A DNA stretch of 33,000 nt from Dicyema japonicum (taxonomy: Eukaryota; Animalia; Dicyemida), in the NCBI GenBank assembly GCA_011109175.1, contig RDEW01000073.1:90662-123661 (forward strand). The letters run 5' to 3'. Below are positions 10,390-21,518 of this stretch, piece after piece (the first letter of the stretch is position 1; each line of letters begins with the position of its first letter). Both the position numbers and the translations under genes were made by a program. A model generated the notes under the pieces. It did not search any database. It saw only the letters and a list, made by a program, of their open reading frames with translations, and was not told the origin of the DNA.

Positions 10390-12216
10390 CTAAGGTAAAG
10401 GAGACTGGAAACCTTTTAAAATAAACTCCAATCCATATGTATCATTAAAGAGGACACCGTATTCCTCAAATTGCCCAATGATTTCTTTCAAAGCCTCAGC
10501 CGGGATCATCAACAGCGTGGAAAACTGATAACTCAGGGACGATAAGACGGACGAGTAAGAGCTATAAGTGAACCGAATGTTGGTAATCTCAAGTAAATCA
10601 AGGACCGACCTGAGACTCATACACGAGAATGATGTCGTTCACGCACATGTCCGGCTTATTGAGGAGATTCTTCATTCCCTCCATTCTAATTTGGGCGAGA
10701 TTCACCATCTATATATTAAAGACTGTAAGACCTCATTGAGCAGAATGGATACCAAAGTCGAGATTTGACTGTCACTTTCGGTAAACTTCAAAGTACTCTT
10801 ATCGGTCCGTGTCAGCTCAAGAAGTCGAGAAGAAACGTGCATTTCGACATCAAGTAACTTTAAAGCCAAAATTCTGACACTAAGGTCATCGGCTTTATTC
10901 AAATTAAGGCTAATTGATGAGTCGGACTGATTCATTCCCCCATCCTCCAAGGGAGTCAAGTAATAAGGGACCATAAACTGCTCGGTCTTCCCAAATTTCT
11001 CGTTGAGTCTCATCTTCTTCCCAGAGCTCATGAAATTACTGTTGATATCACACGTCGTGTCGAATGAAATGCTCTTGGCTGATATTCTTGGATCATCGGA
11101 CGAATTCCTCGGGGAACACAACATCATCTTATTGAGCCATTCCTCCACAAAGTGCCCCCGATCATTCTTCTCATTCAGTATTACTCCTTTGCTCACTAAT
11201 TTTCCCAAATTTTCACGTTTCTTGCTTTTTTTAGAAAAATTGTTGAAAGCCTTTATGATCTTCTTGATCATCTTGGGGGAACTCTCACTCACCTTCATTT
11301 TTTCAAGAACGTTAGAGTTCCTTGAGTTAGCATTTACCATGAATGGGCGAGAGACTACCAAATCCACGTGTTTTGCCTGGTTTCTAAACAAATTAGCGGT
11401 GATTGGATTTTAAAGCAAAATTAAGCGTGGACAGCAATCACTTTGATGCCAAGACCTTGCGAATATATTAATTTACTAATTTTGCAGGAAATGCTCGATT
11501 TCTGCCAGCGGGAAGCCCAATTATGCAATTTATAATTCTCACAGTATTAATCTTATTATTTCACTTATTTGATACTCAGTTGATATTTTTCCATTCAATT
11601 TGACGATTTGATCCCCGACTTTGAGTCCACTTTTGAATGCAGGAGACTCCCCGAAAACCATGCACACAATTGGTGGTAGAGTGGATGTGACGGAGAAACC
11701 AAACCCACGTGGTCCTCGGTTGATTTTTATCTGTCTAATGAAATCAAGTATTACCTTAATGATAGAAAGGCCAATTACGTTGTCTTCAGTCAGGCTTACA
11801 ACTTCTTCCTCCACATGGAGGTTCCCCAATTCTGGCTCAACGTGTTCGGCTTCGTTCACATTTTCACAAATGGATGATCTGGAAGAACTCTCTAGGTTGA
11901 TCTTGCTGTGCTGAGGTTTGGAGGGGGTCTTCAACTATACAGCAAAAAATGACCTGTTTAGACTTGTCTACGCTGATATTATCAATTTCAGTGCCGAACT
12001 TTCTGACTGGGGGATTCATTTCTAAAATAACGGAAAACGTAGTATATTAATGAGGAATGCACTCAAAACCATCTGCCTTTCAAAAATCAGTAAATTCGAT
12101 AATCAACCGTGGAATGCTAGGTCGCTATTAAATATGACAGAAGCATGTACTATCAGTTAAAAATGAGAAGTGACAAGTGCTAATGGGGGAAAACAATCGA
12201 GTCACTGATTGCCCAT
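10390..12216 (-). CDS. PDZ-domain signalling protein, possibly with degenerate DH-like helical C-terminus
   Basis: PDZ: IKINRGPRGFGFSVTSTLPPIVCMVFGESPAFKSGLKVGDQIVKLNG...L|NQAKHVDLVVSR, completed across a 159-nt intron (11384-11542). Start is either 12019 (MNPP) or 12216 (MGNH, directly after an AT-rich tract). C-terminal exons join through 23- and 22-nt introns. Confidence 0.75.
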
Positions 12217-12721
12217 AATTATAATTGTAATTAATTATTGTTACCTAAATTGGGAATGCTAATAAAACTCACATGAAAGGGATAAATGAGATTATCCGTG
12301 ACCACCCTCTCTAAGTTTGTGGAACAGTTAAATATGAAAATGCAGGGGTAAAGCAGTAAATTTAACTGAAACATACAGCAAAAGTCAATCAAAAAAATAT
12401 AACTTTTCCGCTTATAACTGTTTAAGGAGATGTTATACGCACCCCCGCAGAGTAGGATGGTCCTTCAAAAGAGAGCAATAAGTGGAGTAAAACATACATT
12501 CGTGCAGTCTATCCAACAAACAAGCGCATAATTTTCATATTAAAGACCCAACGTTGAGTCGTCTAATGGGGGCGTGACATAGCGGCAATGCAGTATATTA
12601 CGACAGCCATAAATGTCCCGATCAAAGATGAGGTCAATTACATAAATCTTAGTCTACAACACCACATTTATTACTTCCTACACAGACCACATTAAAAACA
12701 GACATTTCATAAACAAAGTAG

Positions 12722-15067
12722 TCAACAAGAAACAAGAATGGAAGACTCAATCTCAATCAACTTGGCAGTAAATTCGGGGGCAAACTGATAAGGCAAATGT
12801 CCCACATAGGTGATTAGAGCCATTGCCTTGCTCTTCAGAAGTGACTTGCCCTACACAATCACCACCAATACTACTGAGGTATCAACAGGAGACAAGACCT
12901 TGTAGATCTGCTGTATGTTGATCATATTAGCCAACAGTAAATCACAGAGACACCACCTTACTTCCGCTGAGAGTCTCGAAAACCTCTCCACCTTGGATGA
13001 GACAAGACTTGGAGACGTTGGGAAGAGTCCAATCGCCTCAACAAGCTAAAATAACCAAAGCTCCCACATTAAGACACTCATCATATTCTTTATTATTGAA
13101 GGAATTGTAGAATGTCGTCAAATCAAGGATAATATACAAACTCTGCACTTTCTCATTTCTCCCCCTCTCTCCGGTACCTCTCAGCCAAAGTGAGTCCAAT
13201 GTTCTCCAGATTACGACGGTCAGAACTGTCTGCCTTCGAAACGAGGATGAGAAAGTTCTCAAAGTAAAAGTCCAAACACTCATCAATACTCTTAAGTAAC
13301 CACAAAACCAACCTCCCCCAAATCATATGCGAAGATGGCCTCCTCAACAAACCTATTTCTCCTAAAGTAATCGGCCAATGTAAGAATAAAGGACTTTGGA
13401 CATTCAATGTACTTTGCAATAAGTCCCTTACAATCCCTTGTCCCCAATATGATATCAAAATTGTGCTTCTTGGTTCTGATCATGTCCGATATAATTTCCA
13501 CAAACGTGTCCTTTCCATCCTTGAGAGCACTGAGAGTCACAAAACTCACAACCAAATAAAACTAAGACAGTCAAGGGATGACCTCATGTCATCCCGGAGA
13601 TATTTGGCCACATAGTCCCTCATCAGTTTCCCCACCAGCCTCGTACACTCAGAATCTAAAATCCCAACCACGTTCAACCTGTAGGTAGTAGCTGTGAATG
13701 TATTAACTGCAGAATAACAGGAAGTGAGTGGCAAAACAGGGACTTGGGACAATTTAAAAGGGAGACAAGAACATCACCGAATTGTCCAGACAAAATTTGT
13801 CTCCTCACTCGACTCATAAACGAAGAACCGTCCAACTCCCTTAGATTTACCAATCCATGATCAGAGCAGCCAGTCTTCCCAATATTGTATTTGATCATAG
13901 TGAAGCACCAGAACAGCCAGTCATCTCCCCGAATGTCAGGGATATCCTCCACATTTGGTGACTCACCCCCAACCAGCATACATATCAGTCTAATCTCATC
14001 TAACAGTGTTACTTCTTGAACGAATCAGTAATTGTCCCGGAAACTAATCTCCCGTTTTCTGACCGATAATCCCCATCCAGATGGCTAACCAGAACGTCTT
14101 TCAAGTGACCTCGCACTGAACTGAAAATAAACAACGTCAGTACACTGAATCCATTATATGGATATCATGTTACAACCCTTTGCTCTCATTAGGTAGAAAA
14201 CCAGCTGCCATACTGGGATACCACCCACTACACCGTCCTCCAACTCATCTGGACCATCCACAGGTCGTATCTGCTTCACAATTTCTGCCACGAGGTCGTT
14301 GTTACAGTCAATTTTGGTCATGAAACTGTGGTCACTCATAATGAGAACCAATCGTGCAGATAGTCCAGAGATATCTCCAACAATTGGTCATACGAAAGAT
14401 CCCGGTCTTCTCTCTGACAAGAATTTCCGTGAATACGAGCCAATATCCGCCAGATTTCAGCAACCTCCTTAAAATGAACCAGGAAGGGTACAACAGTGGG
14501 GAAGTGGTCGACAGAATCCAAAAACAAAGGAAAGAGGCATAGATTGGCAGAATTGTTGTACATCTGGTCACAATAGTCGGTGATGATGGTCATGTAATGT
14601 TGTATGGTGGTAAGATGGTGAACCGAGGACACGTTAACACGATCATCCTGTCGTGATTATGGAAAGTACGTTATTGGTCTGCATGGATGAGTGCGAGAAG
14701 ACCTTCTCTTTGCATTTATTCCACGTGTCATCCATTTTTGCTTGAATGCTAGCCTCCACGTTTTTCAGCAGCTAAAATGAGTAAGCCACCAACCTCCAGA
14801 CGACAGCTGTCCATGATCTTCAGGAGAGACTCTCTTCTATTGATTTCCATTTGCCTCTGAACTTATATACAATGTTACTTCAATATTCGATAAATTGACA
14901 CGTGCTTTAGTCTCCTTGTCTCGTTTGTTATCATGGCATGAATCACTTAGTAATCTGCTTGCTCTTTGATTTAAATAAGTTGAATTAGATGTTGATTTGT
15001 CTGTATTTCTGATTTTGTTATTCAGTGATTCAACTCTTTCTGATATCATGCTCACATTGCGATCCAT
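12722..15067 (-). CDS. NUP93: Nucleoporin Nup93/Nic96
   Basis: LEDGVVGGIPVWQLVFYLMR, TDSFKKLICMLVG, DDWLF, SLYIILDLTTFY and C-terminal KAMALITYVGHLPYQF..AKLIEIE match Nup93. Eleven 21-24-nt introns. Frame breaks at ~14160 and ~13163. Confidence 0.92.
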
Positions 15068-15149
15068 CAGATTTTTAAATATTAAAAAAACAAAATTAAA
15101 TATTTAAAACTTAATTACTTTAAATTATATTAATATTATTTGTCGAATA

Positions 15150-15720
15150 TTGAGGACTGTGACTTTTAAATGATCAAACATATCTTTAAAACCTGACTCC
15201 CCTCATTTAATAACCTTGGATATACCGGAATGAGGTTGAGAGTTAATTAACGTCCAATTAGGTATATTCAACTCCCACGGTCGGAGTAAGGCGTATCCAT
15301 CTTTATCCATTATTAGTGGAGTATGGAAGAAATGGACCTTACACTGAGCGTCTCCTGTGACAGACTGATAACATGACCCCTCTAAGGATTTAAGAAGGTG
15401 AGAGCACTAAGGAATCCTTTGACTAATATTACTGAATAATATTAGTCCAATAACCTTTCTGTAGCCTCATCATCTTCTTCGATGGTTTACCTGTGATCCC
15501 CAACTCTATATTTTGTATTCCTTTCTCTTTGATTATGAACTTGGTGGATAAATCGTCTACCGGTTTTCTTAACATTGAACTCGACGAGAGTTATGTAACA
15601 GAGTCGTGAATCTTTTGTAAGGTTCTCGCTGTGTATTTTAAATATTTGATTGGTGACAAAGATGTCCTTCGTGGCATGACGTTCAATAGAGATTTTGATG
15701 CCAACTTAATAGTCTGGTCA
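15150..15720 (-). mobile_element. Highly degenerate Ty3/gypsy pol (RT N-terminus) remnant
   Basis: Minus strand reads VRSISSILPLI..KDG....ELN, a decayed form of PIVMVKKKDG.RLCVDYRELN. Many stops. Confidence 0.4.
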
Positions 15721-15897
15721 ACTGAGGAACTTCGAAAGCCATCGTTCAATTTGTCTACTATTTCCAAGCGAAGATCTTAAAGTACCTTTCTCGGTACTGA
15801 GTCATTGTCTTCTATCTCATTGTTGATGTAGCTTAGAACTGTTAAAACTATTATACTAAAATATCTTAATAGTTAATTTAAAAATAAAATATTTAAA

Positions 15898-16748
15898 ATG
15901 AATTCATCCGATGTGGTCCCATCTGGTTTGTATTTATATAAAAATATCCAGAAATGAGTATAAATGAAAATGAGAAGGAAGGTTCTTGTTTGTTAAAATG
16001 CCAGCTTTCCTTCGATTCGAGGTCGAAAGAAAAAAAGAAGTGCGGAAACATGACAAATCTCTTTCCAACAGTGTGGTGGACAAAATAATTAGTTTTGAGT
16101 GGAGCCGACTCCCAAACCACAGAAAAAGAGTTTCCCCAATATTAATCTTTAGAAGTACATTCGGGAGGCATCTTCAAAGGTTATTACTGAATGTGATACC
16201 AATCCACGTGACAAAAAGAAAAAACGTAAACAAAAAGAAGTGAAGGTTCGCGGGGCAACTAAGGAAGAGTCCGCGGCGGTTACTCCTTTTTTTAATGTGC
16301 CGATCTTCACGGAGGAGTTCATCGAGCATAATAGATGTGTGACCATTCGTAATTATCTTAGTAAGGGAGACTGAACTGAAGACTCTGAGACACGAGATTT
16401 CGAGTTTGGAGGAGAAGAATTCTACACTACATTTGGCCATAGACAAGCTGAAGGCCTCGACCGAAAAGTTGGAGGAAGAGTACGGACAGCAGAAGTCAAA
16501 TAACGCGATCCTTCAGACACATTTGGACAAACTTAGACGTACTTTGTTGGAAAAGTTCGAAAATGTGCCTCTCCCAGGTAGTGGGTTGTAAAACGGAGGG
16601 GCTGTGTGAATCTCCGACATATGACATGATCGACACTTATATGGAGTTGTTGACTCAAATTGTGAGGGAAGGGAAGGAGGAGAATGCTGTGTATATCGAT
16701 AATGTGTCGTTTATTCTTAATTCTATTGATTTTGATAAGTTGGAATAA
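15898..16748 (+). CDS. HMG20A: HMG20A/B (iBRAF/BRAF35)-like HMG-box + coiled-coil protein
   Basis: HMG box AFLRFEVERKKEV..IISFEWSRLPNHRKRKYIREA, diagnostic FNVPIFTEEFIEHN.LRETELKTLR, and VPLPG..ESPTYDMIDTYM. Five 21-26-nt introns, the first at 15926-15951. One surplus G at the last junction. Confidence 0.9.
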
Positions 16749-16758
16749 TTTACTCTTA

Positions 16759-17030
16759 CTTATTTATGGTTGGGGGAGGTCTAAATGACCTCTGTCTGCT
16801 TTCCAGGGGGCCGGGACCGAAGTTGGTTTTGGTCTTAACTTGTGGATGGTCACAAGCTGCACTGTTTTCAGTACTGCACGCGACATGGCATGATCTTGGC
16901 TAGCTAGGTGTCCACAAAATGTCGCGTGACTCACCTACGATGTGGTGGCATTGCACAACTTCTGTGAAAAAAGCCGCAAAATCCCTATCCCTTCTTTACT
17001 TCTTCATTGAGACGTGGATGGTGTCGTGCA
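16759..17030. other. GC-rich multi-hairpin element (SINE-like or ncRNA)
   Basis: Five consecutive stems, including perfect cacgcgacat/atgtcgcgtg (16877-86/16919-28). Possible TSD ttactc(c)tta at 16750 and 17031. Confidence 0.45.
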
Positions 17031-17178
17031 TTACTCCTTATTTCCGGAGTTTGTTATATTTGATTGAATCAGGATTCTCTGTGTAATTGTCCCTGTCTAA
17101 TAATGGAATCCTTATATTTATTTTAAATTTTTTAAAATTTCAAAATAAATAATTTAAATAACGCATTCATCATTACAA

Positions 17179-18190
17179 ATGGAATTGGATAGGACTGTAT
17201 TGGCCGACATAGATACATTCATGTTTGATTGCGACGGTTTCATTATCACTTTACATCAGGGGTTCTATGGAATGGTCCTTACTTGATAGATGGGGCTGTC
17301 GATCTCCTAAATCATTTAATCAATATTGGAAAACGTGTTATAATAATCTCAAACAACAGCTCCAAATCCCGTATGGACTATTACCAAAAGTTCATCAATA
17401 TTGGAGTACAGGGAATCTCCAAGGTAGTCCTTCTATTCCTTCCAGAACAATATCGTCTGCACTGCCACCGTGCTGGCTGATTACATTCAGCGGAAATTGT
17501 CCCTGACTGGACGTGTCTACATTGTAGGGATGAAGGGGATCGCTGATGAGCTTACTGAGAGGGGCATATCCTGCTACTTCCCTGATAACACTGTGTCCTC
17601 CCAAATGGCAGATTTTGTTTTTAAGGAGGACGTATATTCCCCTATTTTAGTTAATAGGTCGGAGCAGTGGTAGTCGGGATATCCCTGTTTTTCAACTACC
17701 AGCATCTGAGTGAAGCAAAATTCTACCTAAGTAATCAAAATTGCCACTTATTGGCTGCCAATGACGATATTTCCTACCCAATCCGTCCTGGTTTACATCT
17801 CCCAGGTTTTGACCTTTTCTTGGAAACCATAGGAGCGGGGGTTATTTTGCAGGCAATAAAGGCAGCCTCTGAAAGGGATCCATCGATAATTATAGGGAAG
17901 CCAAACATTCCCATGGTTGATTACGTCATCGACAATTATGACGTCAGAGGTGAGAATATTGGGAGGTGTCTTATGGTTGGAGACAAGTTATGGTATTCTC
18001 GATGTTTAGACTTGGGACTGATATTGTGTTTGCTAATAGGCTTGGGTGTCTGTCATTGTTAGTTTACTCCGGGGTGACTCCACGTGGATTTAAAGGCAGC
18101 GAAGATGTTGGAGTTGGTTTATCTTCCTATAATACGAATCCAACATATACGGCGGACTCTGTTAAGCAATTATTAAATTTAATTCAATAA
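17179..18190 (+). CDS. PGP: HAD-IIA phosphoglycolate/pyridoxal phosphate phosphatase
   Basis: Motifs FDCDGVLW, ISNNSSKSR, GKP and MVGDKLGTDI. Five 22-27-nt introns give an uninterrupted frame. Confidence 0.92.
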
Positions 18191-18845
18191 TTATGGTTCT
18201 ATTTTATTAATTTTGAATTAATATTGACAATAATAATAATAATGTGTGTCACCTATTTTCATTATTAGGGAGATTTTTATTTAGTTCCTTATACAGTAAG
18301 AAAAACCAAATCCTGTCGAAAACACATATACAAGTTCATAAATCTACACTAACGTTCATCTGTGGAATGCCAAAGCTGGCATGAGAAGGGATAATGGAAT
18401 CTGCATTGGAAAACATGGCCAAGGCTATCTGGACACTCTCTCATTGATTTTTGTATTTGATCAAATCTATGCTGTACCACTACCAGGGTTGGCATAAGAA
18501 GGTTTAAAGACGGCGACTATACGTGTATGTAACCAAATAGATATATTATCTGCCCAATATCTTTAAAGAGATTGTTGTCTGACTATTAGCAATAGAGGAA
18601 CTATAACTGACAGTGAAACTTACGCCGAGTAACAGAATAATGGAAGAACATTTCTACTGCGCCGGAAGTCATGTAGGCAGACAAAGAATACACTTCCAAT
18701 CTGCGAAACCCTTTAAGGGCTACGCGAAAGAGCACTTAACTAACTATACACAGAGAATGACAGTCATTTTAATATATCTAGTTCCCACGGTCGTAGAAGC
18801 AGAGACCGTTCAGCATCACCAGGAATGATGTGGAGTACAACTTCT

Positions 18846-20450
18846 TGGTTGAACTGATGACGTGATTCTTAAATTATGTCTTTTTCACACATGTCTAATA
18901 ATCTATTCACATTGGCGTCATTTAACGTTCGAGGTTTAAAGAAAAGGGAGGATTTTATGGATGACTTAATATCATATAAGGTCACTATATGCAGTAAACA
19001 GGAGACTAAAGTGAAAGATGCGGTTGAGGAGAATTATGGAGACTTGTACTACTAGACTCCGAATGCAACCACTACGAACTTGGCTTTGCTATACATCAAT
19101 GTCTTGATGGGAGAATCCACAGAGTGTGGAGGGTCAATGACAGAATAGCAGTACTTCAGATTAAGTGTGGGGGACTGATAATTCCTTTAATTAGCTAGAA
19201 GCTCCTTCGCGTAGCTCTAAAAGGGTTTTGCTTGAGCCATGCTTTACAGCCATCCTCCTCGCCATCTCGCTTACACTCGATTTCCATACTGACAGTTTTC
19301 AATTTCAGTCGCCTTATCGTCCAAATATTTGTGCCAGAGGTCATTCGATCGTTTTCTTATCAATGTGATTACGTTTTCTTTTTGATGCACTTTTATTCGA
19401 ATTTGAACTTTCAGTTTGAACGTGTTTCCTTTCTGCTGTTCCGACAATTATCTTATTACGGGGTCATGACGATTTTCTGATGGGAGTAAGATAATCCGGT
19501 AGTTTCCAAAGGTTCCTTCGTATCCAAGGGCATTCTTTGTCTCTTGTAATCAGATGTCAATTTTGTAGCATGACAGATCTTCAGATAGTTGTTCTTTGAA
19601 TAGAGATGAGAGGCCTCGAACGTTGGTGAACAAGAGTGGCGATGGTGAACAAGGAGTTTGAATCTAAGCATGATAAAGACATAATTTTTCCGAGGAAAAA
19701 CAGAAGCACGTCACTTCAACCATATAATTTCTTTAATCCATAATTAATGTCTACGCCCACAATGCCGAGGGTTTCTACAAATCCCGATGAACTTGATCTG
19801 TTTTACATGTAATTAACGGATACCATCTCTGAGCTACGACCTTTTTATGTGAAGATTGGAATGCAAAAGTGAGACACTGTACATGGAGAGAACCCTGTAT
19901 GGGTAGGCATGCCAGGGGAAGGTGGAATATGTCAAGGAAATCGCTCGTGCAAATTTGTAACATGCTTGACTACTTCATTTGTAATTCTGCATTCGACCAC
20001 AATGCGAGGATAAGACTACGTGGACTGGACTCAGAAAGGATGGAAATGGAGACTATGTCCGGATATACAACCAAATTGATTATGTTATATGTAAAAGATC
20101 TCTTGGTGCATTACTAACAGACTCCCGCAGCCATGGAGGCACCATCACTCATAGTGATCATAAACTGCTGGTTGCACGTTTCAGAATGAAAAGATATTTT
20201 GGAATAGATGGAGCTAGAAAGAAGAGAGCTTATCGTTTTATTGTGGAAAAATTATGCTTATGTGAGAAGACACGTGAAGATTATTGTATGGCAATTAAGG
20301 AGATTGTGAACATAAATATGGAAAATCCCCCAGAGATGATTTGGAATGCTACTGTTGACGGAATAAAGAAGGCAAGTTAAGGCGTGCTTGGGGAAAGAGG
20401 CCGGCAGGATTTAAGGGAGTCTTCGATCACGAAATTGAATCATCATCAAT
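18846..20450 (+). mobile_element. 5' portion of RTE-like LINE (APE endonuclease), interrupted by nested insertion
   Basis: MSFSHMSNNLFTLASFNVRGL..QETK, NDRIAVLQI | INVYA, DWNAKV, CMGRHARG, FICNSAFDH, YNQIDY, SDHKLL. Stops and frameshifts throughout. Confidence 0.88.
19192..19723 (-). mobile_element. Internally deleted RTE-like derivative with 14-bp TSD
   Basis: TSD ATAATTCCTTTAAT (19178-91) / ATAATTTCTTTAAT (19724-37). Contains 5' motif TGGTTGA..TGACG, APE start (MSLS..LFTIAT..NVRGL..QETK), a linker fragment and a 3' hairpin. Confidence 0.8.
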
Positions 20451-20870
20451 TAATTGTATGGATGATCAGTTACATAGGGAATTGATTCATGTATGAGTAA
20501 GCCGCTCTGTCTGAACCATGGTGGAGACGAATAGCTGGGTAACTTATAAAATGTGGAGTCTCGGTCTTTGATGCAAACTTCATCCCTTGAATGATAGCAA
20601 TGTCCGCTGGATTGTTGGCCATGTACAGTTAACACACTTCTCGGGAAATCTTTTGATGTTCAGCTCGTTAGCTTTGGTGGATGACTTTGATCCAAGGTTA
20701 GGTTCAATTTTGCTACACTTAAACAAAAAGTCTGGTAGAAGGGAGGTCCTGGTGGATATGGATGTAGATCTAGTTCTTACGATCACAGAAGCAGATATCT
20801 CCCAATATCGGACAAGTTTAGCTGGAAGAGACGAAAACATCCAGTCCTAGCAGTTATGGGTACCCAAGAA
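20450..20870 (-). mobile_element. Possible degenerate LTR-retrotransposon RNase H/integrase remnant
   Basis: Only fragmentary resemblance (ICFC.RK..YI; PAD...). No host-gene-like exon structure. Confidence 0.25.
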
Positions 20871-21518
20871 TTCTAATCGAGTGGTGGATAGCAAATGACA
20901 TTAGTCAGCAGATGACTGAGACGAATTACATGAGGTCATTCTTCTGCTTCTTCCCTTTAGACTTGGCCTTTTCTGCGGCGATAATCCGTTTACTGCGCTT
21001 ATAATGTTAAAATAAAGGGGGTTAATTTAGATGGCTTCCCATACTAGAAACTTCCCCTTCTCTAACGGAAAGATGTAATTATGTGAGGCCGTTTTCGACT
21101 TCTCTGTCCATGGCAGTGGGCTTTAATGAAATCTATAAACGGATTGAGTTAGTAATTCCCATAATTGTGTGTTTTAATGTTGGCGCTTTAAGAAGAGAAG
21201 TTTGTGATCTTACTTGTCCTGGACTCCCAGGAGCTGATGTGGATGTACGGAATCCCCAGGGGATAGCTGATTTGGCAGCCCACATCTTAACTGGGGTTAT
21301 TTAAGGGATTTTCCACATTAGCAGAAAAGGGGGAGAAATCTTAGATCATGGAACCCATAAGGAATTGTTAATGACATAACCACGTGTGCAATCAGAACGA
21401 ACCCCGTAGGTAACCAAATTGTCCCCCTAAGTATATCAGAATTATAATTATACCGTAATAGCGTAATATAATTAATATAAATCTGTATAAGTAAACACTT
21501 CCGCATATTGCATATCGA

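Noticed and set aside
11003-11914. Plus-strand ORFs 11003-11413 and 11621-11914 (also 21895-23150 minus)
   Set aside because: They are antisense shadows of real coding exons.
16940-16960. U1/U2 snRNA suggested by CATTGCAC
   Set aside because: No ATACTTACCTG 5' end, GTAGTA branch-pairing sequence or Sm site in the right arrangement.
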